Below are positions 45,660 to 55,550 of a stretch of 64,000 nt of DNA, in pieces. Under the pieces are notes generated by a model. That model did no database searches. It saw only the letters and a list, made by a program, of their open reading frames with translations, and was not told where the DNA came from. This DNA is from Clostridiaceae bacterium (GTDB lineage: Bacteria; Bacillota; Clostridia; Saccharofermentanales; DTU023). The DNA lies in assembly GCA_012518795.1 (NCBI GenBank), contig JAAYRL010000029.1, positions 20,607 through 84,606 on the forward strand. The letters are read 5' to 3'. A program made the position numbers and the translations under genes. Within the stretch, counting starts at the first letter, position 1; each line of letters opens with the position of its first letter.

Positions 45660-45680
45660 CTTCTGAAATAATTTCAGAAG
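45660..45680. promoter_or_regulatory. Perfect 21-bp palindrome upstream of argG, ARG-box-like (candidate ArgR/AhrC operator)
   Basis: CTTCTGAAATAATTTCAGAAG lies 50-70 nt upstream of the argG start. The core TGAAATAATTTCA resembles the TGAAT-W4-ATTCA ARG box but is one base shorter. Confidence 0.3.
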
Positions 45681-45960
45681 TAAACTTAAATACTTTTAAA
45701 ACCATAAATAATATAAATTAAAATATAAACTACTTTTTAATGAATTTTTTATATTATATTTATAGGTTTTTTAATTGTCAAAAAATAATACCTGAATAAC
45801 GTAGTTCTATGAAAAAAGTATGCAAAGAACAATGAACCGACAAGATATTTTATAAAAATTGGGCAATTTGCAATCTTATATTTATACATAATAGGGTGTT
45901 AATTTAAAATGTTGTCTAAATGGTGTAAAATGAGTAAGTTAAAGTTGTAGGAGGATTAAA

Positions 45961-47574
45961 ATGGTTAATAAGAAAAAAGTAATGCGGATAGTTTTGGTAA
46001 TATTATCATTAGTTTTATTCTTAACAGCATGTGGTAAAAAAGATGCTGAAAAAGACACCGAGAAAGATACAGATGATACCGAACAAACTGATCAGGGTGT
46101 TATTGAAGACGATCCGGATGAAGATGATAAAGTGATAGAAGAGCCGGGAGATCCTCAACAAGGCGGTTCGGTGATTGTGGGAATTACACAAGAATTAGAT
46201 TCTTTGGATCCGTATTTAGCAGCTGCAGCCGGCACAAAAGAAGTAATTTATAATTTCTTTGACGGTTTAGTTAAATTAATGCCTGATGGAACATTTGAAC
46301 CTGCTTTGGCTGAATCTTTTGATTTCTCAGATGATGCGACGGAGTTTACGTTTAAAATTCGGACCGGCGTTAAATTTCATAATGGTGACGACTTAACGCT
46401 TGATGATGTAGTTTACTCTTTGGAAAGAGCTGCCGGTATGTTGCCGGACAGTGAAGCAGCTTTAATTCCGCAATTAGCTATAATTGAATCGGTTTCGGCA
46501 GATACAGAAGCGGGTACGGTAACTGTCAAACTGAAAGAATCTGATGCTGATTTTATTACTTATATGACTTTGGCAATTATTCCGCAAGACTATACGGAAC
46601 AGGCACAAAAGCCAATTGGTACCGGTCCTTTTATTTTTACGGAATATAAAACACAAACACATTTGAAAATGAAACGGAATCCTGATTATTGGCGTGACCG
46701 CACAGCATACTTGGATGAAGTAACATTTATGATTGTGCCCGATGCAGATGCTGCAATTATGGATTTGCAAGAGGGTAATTTCGATATATTTCCTTATTTA
46801 ACAATAGATAAAGCTGAATTATTAAAAGACAAATATGATTTTATTGCAGCTGATTCCAATATGGTTCAAATTTGGGGATTAAATAATCAGAGAGCACCCT
46901 TTGATGATCCTGTGGTGCGTAAAGCTATAAATATGGCGATAGACAAACAAATGCTGATTGATGCGGTAACCTTTGGTGAAGGCAGAGTATTAGAATCCGG
47001 TATGGCTCCGCCGATGCAAGATTACTATAATGCGGATTTGACAAGTCCATATAATCCGGAAGAAGCAAAAAGTATGCTGGAAGAAGCAGGTTATCAAGAT
47101 CTGAAAATAGAGATTACAGTTCCCGGTGACTATGTGATACATGTCCAAACAGCAGAAGTATTGGCTGAACAATTAAAACAAATCGGTGTGACTGCTGAAG
47201 TGAAAACTGTTGATTGGGGTACGTGGCTTTCAGATGTCTATATGGGACGCAATTATGATTCGACTGTAATTGCTTTAACCTTTGATTATGTAGCGCCTGC
47301 TACAGTTTTGAGACATTATTATTCAAAATCTGATAATAACTTCATAAATTTCGTCAGTACTGAATTTGATGAGTTATATGAAGCAGCATTGAGTGAAACC
47401 GATCATGCAAAACGGGTTGAACTCTATCATCAAATGCAAAAAATATTACAAGATGATGCAGCATCGGTATTTTTACAAAATCCCGGAACTCAGACTGCTG
47501 TAATCAAAACCCTTGGCGGCTACACAACGTATCCGCAATATGTCCAAGACATGTATACGGTGTATTTCAAATAG
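45961..47574 (+). CDS. Peptide/nickel-type (family 5) ABC substrate-binding lipoprotein
   Basis: 537 aa. Lipobox LTACGK, an acidic linker, then an OppA/DppA-like domain. Confidence 0.8.
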   Translation: MVNKKKVMRIVLVILSLVLFLTACGKKDAEKDTEKDTDDTEQTDQGVIEDDPDEDDKVIEEPGDPQQGGSVIVGITQELDSLDPYLAAAAGTKEVIYNFFDGLVKLMPDGTFEPALAESFDFSDDATEFTFKIRTGVKFHNGDDLTLDDVVYSLERAAGMLPDSEAALIPQLAIIESVSADTEAGTVTVKLKESDADFITYMTLAIIPQDYTEQAQKPIGTGPFIFTEYKTQTHLKMKRNPDYWRDRTAYLDEVTFMIVPDADAAIMDLQEGNFDIFPYLTIDKAELLKDKYDFIAADSNMVQIWGLNNQRAPFDDPVVRKAINMAIDKQMLIDAVTFGEGRVLESGMAPPMQDYYNADLTSPYNPEEAKSMLEEAGYQDLKIEITVPGDYVIHVQTAEVLAEQLKQIGVTAEVKTVDWGTWLSDVYMGRNYDSTVIALTFDYVAPATVLRHYYSKSDNNFINFVSTEFDELYEAALSETDHAKRVELYHQMQKILQDDAASVFLQNPGTQTAVIKTLGGYTTYPQYVQDMYTVYFK

Positions 47575-47680
47575 ATTTTGGATATAAACAGAAATTATCA
47601 ATTAATTTGTCTGAGTGATATTATGTTAAGATATTGCTCAGATATTTTTATATATGAACTGTTTTTGGATAAGGACTGTC

Positions 47681-48688
47681 ATGACACGATATTTATTGAA
47701 AAAAGCCGGTCAAATGTTGATTACGTTGCTGTTAATTGTTTTAATAGTCTTTATCATGTTCGAATTGATTCCGGGCAGTCCGGCGAGAATTATGCTCGGC
47801 ATGAATGCCAGTCAAGAACAGGTTGCTGCCTTGGAATCAGAATTAGGAATTCATGAACCTTTACCGCTCAAAATAAATAAATATTTTGTTGGCTTGCTAC
47901 AGGGAGATTTAGGACATTCAATCCATTTCGATAAGTCTGTTGGTGAATTAATCAATGAAGCTGCTCCCGTAACTTTTTCTTTGGCAATGTATGCTTTTGT
48001 TTTAATTATTGTTTTGTCAGTACCTTTGGCGTTATTAGCTGCAAGAAAACAAGGTTCTTTTTTAGATAATTCGATCCGTTTTGTCACAGAAACTACTTTA
48101 GCAATTCCGCCGTTTTTTATGGCGATTATCTTGATGTTGATTTTTCGCACAACACAGTTAGGCTTGAGTTCCGGTCGAGGTAATTTAGAATCGCTCGGTT
48201 TTTTAAGAAAATTCTTCATGCCGGCTCTGGCAATTGCATTATCGAGAGTTGCAATGGCGCTGGAGTTCCTGCGTGATGCGATTATTGAGCAAAAGAAATT
48301 ATTTTATACCAGGGCGGCAGTCGGTAAAGGAGCGACTAAATCACGCATCTTGTTCTTTCATATTTTCAGAAACAGTCTCGTTCCGTATGTAACGGCTTTG
48401 GGCTTAATATTAGCGGAAGTTTTTGGCGGCAGTATTATTATCGAGCAGGTTTTTCTTTTACCGGGTTTAGGCAGGTTATTGGTGACCGCAGTTGAAGCAC
48501 GGGATTTTCCGTTGACGCAAGGAATTATTATTTTAATTGCGACGGTTGTTATTATTGTCAATTTTTTAGTGGACTTTATTAACCAATTCATTGATCCGCG
48601 GCTGAGATCGTCTGATATGAAATCGACTAAATCAAATTTTTGGCTTAAACTCAGCTATAAGCTTAAATTTCGAGGAGATGTTGAATGA
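47681..48688 (+). CDS. Oligopeptide/dipeptide-type ABC permease (DppB/OppB-like)
   Basis: MTRYLLKKAGQMLITLL is the typical N-terminus. The ATG at 47681 has aagga 6 nt upstream. Confidence 0.85.
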   Translation: MTRYLLKKAGQMLITLLLIVLIVFIMFELIPGSPARIMLGMNASQEQVAALESELGIHEPLPLKINKYFVGLLQGDLGHSIHFDKSVGELINEAAPVTFSLAMYAFVLIIVLSVPLALLAARKQGSFLDNSIRFVTETTLAIPPFFMAIILMLIFRTTQLGLSSGRGNLESLGFLRKFFMPALAIALSRVAMALEFLRDAIIEQKKLFYTRAAVGKGATKSRILFFHIFRNSLVPYVTALGLILAEVFGGSIIIEQVFLLPGLGRLLVTAVEARDFPLTQGIIILIATVVIIVNFLVDFINQFIDPRLRSSDMKSTKSNFWLKLSYKLKFRGDVE

Positions 48689-49596
48689 TGAAATTCAAGC
48701 GTAAATTTAAGCATAAAGACAAAAATAATCAGATTTCTTTTATACCTGACGCTCAACGGGCTTATTACAGAACAAGTTCAATCAATAAGGTAGCTAAACT
48801 TCAATTCCGAATCGGCTTTATGTTGCTGCTAATTCCACTTATATTATTCTTGATTAATTTATTATATCGGCCTTATGATACTACCTCAATGAATATGTCA
48901 GAACGTTTTACCGCTCCCAATTTCAGTCATTGGTTCGGTACGGATAACTATGGCCGCGATATTTTTACTCGTGTGATGAGCGGTTTACCTCTAACTATCT
49001 TTATTTCAATCGGTATTAATTTGATCGGTTGTTTGAGCGGTTTGCTAATCGGTGCCTTGAGCGGTTATTATGGCGGAGTGGTAGACTATTGGGGCAATCG
49101 AATCGGCGACGCGTTATTATCAATTCCTGCAATCCTGATGGGAATGCTGTTTGTTGCTACTTTCGGTGAAGGAATTTGGCAAGTAATCGTAGCTTTGGGT
49201 ATCATGTTTATTCCATCTTATATGCGAGTTATCCGTAGTGGTTTTTTAGAATATAGCCAGCGAAATTTTGTTAAAAGATTACAATTAATCGGAGCTTCAT
49301 CCGGCAGAATAATTTGGCGACACTTATTTCCTCAAATCAGAACTCGCTTAATGTCAGCAATTGCTTTGGGTTTTGCCAATGCAATTTTGGCGGAATCATC
49401 ATTAAGTTTCTTAGGACTTGGTGTTCCAATGTCTCAGATTACATGGGGCAGAATGCTCAAAGATGCTCAAGGCTTTCTTTTTCAAGCACCGTGGTCGGCA
49501 ATTGCTCCGGGGTTAATGATTGTGATATTGGTTTTAGGCAGTTTTTTTATCAGTAACGGATTGAAACAATTTTCTCAACAAAGGAATATGACTTGA
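48685..49596 (+). CDS. Oligopeptide/dipeptide-type ABC permease (DppC/OppC-like)
   Basis: 303 aa. HWFGTDNYGRDIFTRV motif. Overlaps the upstream gene by 4 nt. Confidence 0.85.
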   Translation: MMKFKRKFKHKDKNNQISFIPDAQRAYYRTSSINKVAKLQFRIGFMLLLIPLILFLINLLYRPYDTTSMNMSERFTAPNFSHWFGTDNYGRDIFTRVMSGLPLTIFISIGINLIGCLSGLLIGALSGYYGGVVDYWGNRIGDALLSIPAILMGMLFVATFGEGIWQVIVALGIMFIPSYMRVIRSGFLEYSQRNFVKRLQLIGASSGRIIWRHLFPQIRTRLMSAIALGFANAILAESSLSFLGLGVPMSQITWGRMLKDAQGFLFQAPWSAIAPGLMIVILVLGSFFISNGLKQFSQQRNMT

Positions 49597-50573
49597 TGCA
49601 ACAAGATCTGACAAAAGCAGAGTATATTTTAAAAGTCGAACATCTGAAAGTTGTATCTGCACAAGGTGCAGAATTAGTGCGTGATGTTTCTTTAAAGATT
49701 AAACCGGGAGAAATTGTCGGTTTAGTCGGTGAGTCCGGCAGTGGGAAAAGTATCAGTACAATGGCGATAGCAGGTATTTTACCCGAGGGGATCTCGATTG
49801 CTCAAGGTAAGATATTTTTTAATGACCGGGATATTACTCGGATTTCCGCTCAAGAAAGATGTAAGATCAATGGAAATAAAATTGGGATTATTTATCAAGA
49901 TGCAAGTCAATCTTTGAATCCTTTGATTCGTATTGGCAGACAGATAGATGAAGTCTTGAAGATTCACACTGATCTAAGTCCGCAAGAGCGCCGAGACAGA
50001 GTTTACGGTACAATGCGGGCGGTTAATTTGTCGAATGTTGAAAAATTGGCACAACGTTATCCGCATGAATTATCCGGCGGTCAGAGACAAAGAGTACTGA
50101 TAGCGATGGCAATAATCAATAATCCTGAATTATTAATCGCTGATGAACCCACGACAGCACTGGATGTTTCAGTTAAATCTCAAATAATCGAATTGATTAA
50201 ATTAATCAATTTCAGCAGAAAAGCATCAGTTTTATATATTTCACATGATTTTTCAACAGTCAAAAAATTGTGTGATCGGGTTTATGTTTTGTATCAAGGT
50301 ATACCGGTTGAGGTTGGTGCAACTGAACAAATTATCAAAAGACCTCAACATATGTATACTAAACTCTTATTGGAATCGATTCCCTCACCGGAAAAAAGAG
50401 GGCAGAAATTACTGACGATGAAAGCCAGAACAAGAGATTATCGCGGACCTGCTGTAAATTGCCTGTTTGCTGAACGCTGTCCCAAAGTGTTTGAACGCTG
50501 CCGTCAAGAATTACCGGATATGTTTAAAATAGACAAAGGTCATCAAGCAGCATGTTTTTTATTTGATAAGTAG
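49593..50573 (+). CDS. Oligopeptide-type ABC ATP-binding protein (DppD/OppD-like)
   Basis: GESGSGKS, LSGGQRQR, ADEPTTALD, and a C-terminal Cys-containing oligopeptide-type extension. Confidence 0.9.
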   Translation: MMQQDLTKAEYILKVEHLKVVSAQGAELVRDVSLKIKPGEIVGLVGESGSGKSISTMAIAGILPEGISIAQGKIFFNDRDITRISAQERCKINGNKIGIIYQDASQSLNPLIRIGRQIDEVLKIHTDLSPQERRDRVYGTMRAVNLSNVEKLAQRYPHELSGGQRQRVLIAMAIINNPELLIADEPTTALDVSVKSQIIELIKLINFSRKASVLYISHDFSTVKKLCDRVYVLYQGIPVEVGATEQIIKRPQHMYTKLLLESIPSPEKRGQKLLTMKARTRDYRGPAVNCLFAERCPKVFERCRQELPDMFKIDKGHQAACFLFDK

Positions 50574-50665
50574 ATTTTTAAGGGAAAGATTTTTTACAGT
50601 TGTATTTGCTTTAGTTTTGCCATCAATTATATTGTTTAAAAGACAAATAGAAGAAATAGAGAAAA

Positions 50666-51451
50666 ATGACAGGTGAATTGCAAAATATCTTAGAAATAAA
50701 CAACATTTATGCCAGTTATTCTACTTCTTTACGAAAATTGGAGTTTGTTTTAGAAGATTTATCTCTGGTAATGAAATCCGGCGAATGTTTGGGGATGATT
50801 GGTGAGTCGGGCTCCGGTAAAACAACTTTGGCAAATTTAATTACCGGTTTTATTAAACCGATTTCCGGCAAGATTCATTTTCGCGGACAAGAAATCCAAA
50901 ATTTGTCATTAAGACAAAGAATAAAACAGTTTAATCGTGGAATTCAAATGGTTTTTCAGGATCCTTATGATTCTTTTAATCCAAAGATGACGATCGGTAA
51001 ACAATTGATGGAACCTCTGGAAATCCGGAAATTTCTAAGTAACTCTGAAATTGAAGCCAAGGCACGTTATACCTTGGAACAAGTAGGTTTATCTGCAGAT
51101 TATTTTTCAAGATATCCGCATCAATTATCGGGCGGTCAATTACAGCGAGTTGCTCTGGGATGCGCCTTGATTGTTGAACCTTGTCTCTTGATTGCTGATG
51201 AACCGGTTTCATCACTTGATGTTTCGGTGCAAGCTCAGGTTCTTGATTTGATTATCGATCTGCGCAAAAAATTTGATTTTTCATGCTTATTCATTTCTCA
51301 TGATTTAGCAGTTGTATATCATCTTTGTGATACGGTAGCTGTTTTAAATCAAGGCAGCATAGTGGAACAAGGGAATGTTGAAGAGGTTTTTCAAAATCCG
51401 CAAAATGTATATACCAGACAGTTAATTTCTGATTCCGGATACGGTGATTAG
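50666..51451 (+). CDS. Oligopeptide-type ABC ATP-binding protein (DppF/OppF-like)
   Basis: GESGSGKTT, LSGGQLQR, ADEPVSSLD. Confidence 0.9.
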   Translation: MTGELQNILEINNIYASYSTSLRKLEFVLEDLSLVMKSGECLGMIGESGSGKTTLANLITGFIKPISGKIHFRGQEIQNLSLRQRIKQFNRGIQMVFQDPYDSFNPKMTIGKQLMEPLEIRKFLSNSEIEAKARYTLEQVGLSADYFSRYPHQLSGGQLQRVALGCALIVEPCLLIADEPVSSLDVSVQAQVLDLIIDLRKKFDFSCLFISHDLAVVYHLCDTVAVLNQGSIVEQGNVEEVFQNPQNVYTRQLISDSGYGD

Positions 51452-51516
51452 AAATGAGAATAAACCCAAAATAATATAGCTATTATTTTGTCAGGATATT
51501 TGAAGTGAGGTTGAAT

Positions 51517-52818
51517 ATGAAATTGCATGGCACAATGAAAATTGATAATAACCAATTGTTGATCGGCGGTGTTTCAGTTGAACAATTGCGTGCGGAGTAT
51601 GGGACGCCGTTATATATAATTGATCAAAAACATTTTGTGGACAAAGCAAAAATATTTTTGGACAATTTCCGCTCGAAAAAATTCCAAACCCATATTTCTT
51701 ATGCCTCAAAAGCTTTCAGTAATTTATACATTTTGGGCTTGGCCAAAGAGCTCGGTTTATTTTTGGACGTTGTCAGCGGGGGAGAACTTTATACGGCACT
51801 GAAGGCAGGTTATGACCCGGAAAAAATTTCACTGCATGGCAATAATAAATTACCGGACGAGTTAGAAATGGCTCTGACTAACAATGTCGGCAAAATTATT
51901 GTCGATCATCGTACAGAATATACACTTTTATCGGGATTAGCTGCCCGAAAACAAAAAAAGATTAAAGTGTTATTGAGAGTTAATCCCGGTATTACAGCGG
52001 ACACTCATGCGTATATTCAAACGACCAAAGAAGATTCGAAGTTTGGCATGAGCATTTCTGATCCGGCAACCTTTTTGTTAATACAAGATATGAGTTCTGA
52101 TCCTTGGCTTGAATTGGAGGGTATTCATTGTCATATCGGTTCGCAAATTTTGAACAAAGATTTCTTTTTCGAGGAAGCGGCACTTATGTTTTCTTTTGCC
52201 CGTAAGTTATTGGATGATTATTCGATCAAGCTGAGTGAAGTTAATCTCGGCGGAGGTTTTGGAGTTTACTATACAAAAGCCGATCAGCCTTTTAACTATG
52301 CTGAATTTTTGGCTGAATATATTGAAAAAATTGAAGAATTAGTTACGAAACTTGATCTATCAATCAAAATTGTCAGTATTGAGCCGGGACGTTCATTAAT
52401 CAATTCGAGCGGCAGTACTCTCTATACGGTGGGTGCAGTCAAACAACCCTATCAGGGTAAACCCTTTGTCTTTGTAGATGGTGGTATGACTGATAATCCG
52501 AGACCTGCACTTTATCAAGCGGAATACGAGGCATGTTTGGCGAATCGAATGGAGGATGAACCGGCTGATAATTACCGAATTGCCGGTAAATGTTGTGAAA
52601 CAGGTGATATTTTGATACATGACATTGCTTTACCGAAAGCTGAACCGGGTGATTTGTTATTAATTCCCGGAACCGGAGCATATAATTATGCAATGAGTTC
52701 AAACTATAATCGTATTCCCAGACCGGCAGTTGTTTTTGTCGAAGACGGACAAAGTTATCTTGCTGTTAAAAGAGAAACCTATGAGGATTTAATTCGTAAT
52801 GATCAAGCATATTTATAA
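51517..52818 (+). CDS. lysA: Diaminopimelate decarboxylase
   Basis: YASKAF (PLP lysine), HCHIGSQ, GGGFG, CETGD. I chose the ATG at 51517 after gtgagg. Confidence 0.9.
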   Translation: MKLHGTMKIDNNQLLIGGVSVEQLRAEYGTPLYIIDQKHFVDKAKIFLDNFRSKKFQTHISYASKAFSNLYILGLAKELGLFLDVVSGGELYTALKAGYDPEKISLHGNNKLPDELEMALTNNVGKIIVDHRTEYTLLSGLAARKQKKIKVLLRVNPGITADTHAYIQTTKEDSKFGMSISDPATFLLIQDMSSDPWLELEGIHCHIGSQILNKDFFFEEAALMFSFARKLLDDYSIKLSEVNLGGGFGVYYTKADQPFNYAEFLAEYIEKIEELVTKLDLSIKIVSIEPGRSLINSSGSTLYTVGAVKQPYQGKPFVFVDGGMTDNPRPALYQAEYEACLANRMEDEPADNYRIAGKCCETGDILIHDIALPKAEPGDLLLIPGTGAYNYAMSSNYNRIPRPAVVFVEDGQSYLAVKRETYEDLIRNDQAYL

Positions 52819-52899
52819 TGTTATTTTCAAATTCTGAAAATCTATTGTAATTATAGTGAAAGAATATATTGACAGACGGAAATATTGTAACGGTGAAAA

Positions 52900-54105
52900 A
52901 TGAAGAGATTAGTTATGAAATTTGGTGGTACATCGGTTGCTACCACAGACAAAATTAAACAAGTATGTCAGTTGATTTTACGCCAAAAGGAACAATATGA
53001 TGACCTCGTAGTAGTTGTTTCCGCAATGGGCAAAACTACAGACAAACTGTTGGCAATGGCATATGAGGTGAGTACTCGTCCGGTTGCCAGAGAAGTAGAT
53101 GTTCTATTATCTAGTGGTGAATTAATATCTGCTTCACTTTTGGCATTACACTTGAATGATTTAGGTTGTTCGGCAGAGAGCTTTACCGGGTTTCAGGCAG
53201 GATTCAGAACCAGCGGTTCTCATCGTAAAAGCAAAATAGAAGATCTTAATCCGACCTTAATTGAAACTGCTTTAAAGCGTGGTGAAATTGCTGTAGTTGC
53301 AGGATTTCAAGGTATGAATAAAGATGGAGATATTACTACTTTGGGTCGTGGCGGTTCCGATACTTCGGCAGTAGCATTGGCTGCAAAATTAGGAGCTAAA
53401 TGTGAAATATATACAGATGTAGACGGTATCTACAGTGTAGATCCGAGAATTCGCCCGCAAGCCAAAAAAATTGATCGGATTAATTATGAAGAAGTTGTTG
53501 AAATGGCTCATCAAGGAGCACGGGTTATCGAAGCACGCAGTGTTGAATTGGCAGCTAAATATCAAGTTCCCTTATATATTGCATTAAATACCGGAGAAGT
53601 GGAAGGTACTTACGTTGCGAATTTTACAGAACAAACCGGAGAGAGAAAAATGGAAGATTTTAAGTTAACTAATGTTTCAGCAATCGAAAATATTTTATTG
53701 GTCAGCATTCAGGGTCTGCCCAATTTAAGCTTTGAATCGTCAAAATGTTTTACTGAATTAGCAGCTGCCGGTGTTAACGTGGATATATTAAATCAAGTTA
53801 TTTTAGACCGTGATAATTCTGCTTTTTCGTTTACTTCAGATATGGATTCCAAGCCTGAAATAATTGAAGTTCTGGATCGTATGAAACTTGAATACACATA
53901 CGTTGAAAATTTAAATAAAGTTTCAATTATCGGCAGTGCAATGCGCAATCAAGTAGGTGTTGCGGCAAAAGCATTCAATGTATTTATAGAACAGAATATC
54001 CCGTTCTATATGGTTTCAACTTCTGATATCAGTATTTCATATGTTGTCAAAGCTGAAGACAAAAATACAATTATCAATGCTTTAGCTGATGCTTTCGGTT
54101 TATAA
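52900..54105 (+). CDS. Aspartate kinase (about 400 aa, DapG/LysC-like)
   Basis: MKFGGTSV, TLGRGGSDTSAVALA, C-terminal ACT pair. Confidence 0.9.
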   Translation: MKRLVMKFGGTSVATTDKIKQVCQLILRQKEQYDDLVVVVSAMGKTTDKLLAMAYEVSTRPVAREVDVLLSSGELISASLLALHLNDLGCSAESFTGFQAGFRTSGSHRKSKIEDLNPTLIETALKRGEIAVVAGFQGMNKDGDITTLGRGGSDTSAVALAAKLGAKCEIYTDVDGIYSVDPRIRPQAKKIDRINYEEVVEMAHQGARVIEARSVELAAKYQVPLYIALNTGEVEGTYVANFTEQTGERKMEDFKLTNVSAIENILLVSIQGLPNLSFESSKCFTELAAAGVNVDILNQVILDRDNSAFSFTSDMDSKPEIIEVLDRMKLEYTYVENLNKVSIIGSAMRNQVGVAAKAFNVFIEQNIPFYMVSTSDISISYVVKAEDKNTIINALADAFGL

Positions 54106-54172
54106 ATTAAAACATGCGATTCAAGCATCGTTCAATGATCAATGCTTTAGCAGATGCTTTCGGTTTATAAAT
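54073..54172 (+). repeat. 35-bp direct repeat: the last 33 nt plus stop of the aspartokinase gene, duplicated 65 bp downstream
   Basis: ATCAATGCTTTAGCTGATGCTTTCGGTTTATAAAT at 54073-54107 versus ATCAATGCTTTAGCAGATGCTTTCGGTTTATAAAT at 54138-54172, with one mismatch. Confidence 0.9.
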
Positions 54173-54442
54173 AGCTAAATCATTGTGTATTTGTCTTAAT
54201 TGTACTTAATTTTGCTTGCAATCTTTTTATCTGCAACCTTTTTAAAGTTGGTTATAAACAAACAAATTGGTGTATAATTAATGATATTATCGATTTTTGA
54301 GCAAACCTCTGAGCGAATTGAATTTGTGATAGATAGTTCAATGGTCTTTTACTGAATATTGAATTCCGGAGAACAAAATTTGTGATTTGTTGTTTTTTGA
54401 TCGATAAAATAAAATAGCATAAATAATAAGGAGGAATTTTCT

Positions 54443-55321
54443 ATGTTATTTACAGGTTCCGGTGTTGCAATAGTCACACCTTTTAAAGAAAATGGAGAAA
54501 TTGATTATCCGAGTTTCGATAAATTGGTCGATTTTCATTTAAAAAACAAAACCGATGCTATTATCGTAATGGGAACAACAGGTGAGGCTTCGACTACTTC
54601 TGATCAGGAGCAGATTGAAGCAATTGATTATGTTGTAAAAAGAGTCGGCGGTAAAATTCCGGTTATTGCAGGTACCGGAATCAATCATACGGATCATTCT
54701 GTCGAGCTGAGTGTTGCTGCTGAAAAAACCGGTGCCGATGCTTTGTTAGTTGTAACGCCTTACTATAATAAAGCCACGAAACGTGGTCTATATGAACATT
54801 ACAAAACGATTGCCAACAGTGTTAAAATTCCCTTGATTCTTTATACAGTTCCCGGTCGTACTGCGGTCGAAATTCCGGTTGATCTGGTTAAGGAGTTGGC
54901 TGAAATCGATAATATTGTCGGTATCAAAGATGCGACAGGTAATTTATCTTATACAGCAGCAGTCAAAAATGCGGTACCAAAAGATTTCGCAGTCTATTCA
55001 GGTAATGATGATGTTGTAGTTCCTTTAATGTCACTTGGCGGTAATGGGGTTATTTCAGTGTTTGCCAATGCTTTACCGCTCGAAATGCACAATATGACTC
55101 AAGCTTGCCTGGATGGTGATTTCAAAACAGCCGGTGAGATGCAGGTTAAGTTTTTACCTTTGATTAAAGCAATGTTTGCTGAAGTAAATCCTGTTCCGAT
55201 TAAAAGTGCAATGGAATTATTAGATTTGCCTGCCGGTGGTTTACGTTTGCCATTAACTAAAGCATCAGAAGCAACGGTTGAGTTATTGCGCAAAGAGCTG
55301 ACTGCCTTGGGATATCTATAG
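54443..55321 (+). CDS. dapA: 4-hydroxy-tetrahydrodipicolinate synthase
   Basis: 292 aa. GTTGEAST, YNK, IVGIKDA (Schiff-base lysine region). SD aaggagg. Confidence 0.95.
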   Translation: MLFTGSGVAIVTPFKENGEIDYPSFDKLVDFHLKNKTDAIIVMGTTGEASTTSDQEQIEAIDYVVKRVGGKIPVIAGTGINHTDHSVELSVAAEKTGADALLVVTPYYNKATKRGLYEHYKTIANSVKIPLILYTVPGRTAVEIPVDLVKELAEIDNIVGIKDATGNLSYTAAVKNAVPKDFAVYSGNDDVVVPLMSLGGNGVISVFANALPLEMHNMTQACLDGDFKTAGEMQVKFLPLIKAMFAEVNPVPIKSAMELLDLPAGGLRLPLTKASEATVELLRKELTALGYL

Positions 55322-55356
55322 AATTCCGTAATTGCAAAGTCAAAGATAATAGCTGG

Positions 55357-55540
55357 CTCATAGTAAATGATTTACTGATTAAAATTATTCCCGGTAAATG
55401 AATTGCTAATTAAAAATATCCTTAGTAAATGAATTGCTAATAAAACTATCCTTAGTAAATAAATTGCTGATAAAAACTATCCTTAGTAAATGAATTGCTA
55501 ATTTACACAGTACTCAGCAAATGAGTTATTAAGTAAAGGA
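55357..55540 (+). repeat. Six tandem ~31-bp repeats (core AGTAAATGAATTGCTAA) filling the dapA-dapB spacer up to the dapB RBS
   Basis: Core starts lie at about 55363, 55394, 55425, 55455, 55486 and 55517 (spacing 31, 31, 30, 31, 31). The outer copies are more diverged. The last copy runs into the SD aaagga. Confidence 0.85.
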
Positions 55541-55550
55541 AGATAAGAAG

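Noticed and set aside
47578-47856. 92-aa ORF upstream of and overlapping the first peptide permease
   Set aside because: It has no SD and a Cys/Arg-rich unnatural composition. It overlaps the well-supported permease start at 47681 in another frame.
54173-54442. Lysine riboswitch upstream of dapA
   Set aside because: I found none of the L-box core elements. Only weak AT-only hairpins are present (for example AACAAA...TTTGTT before a T run).
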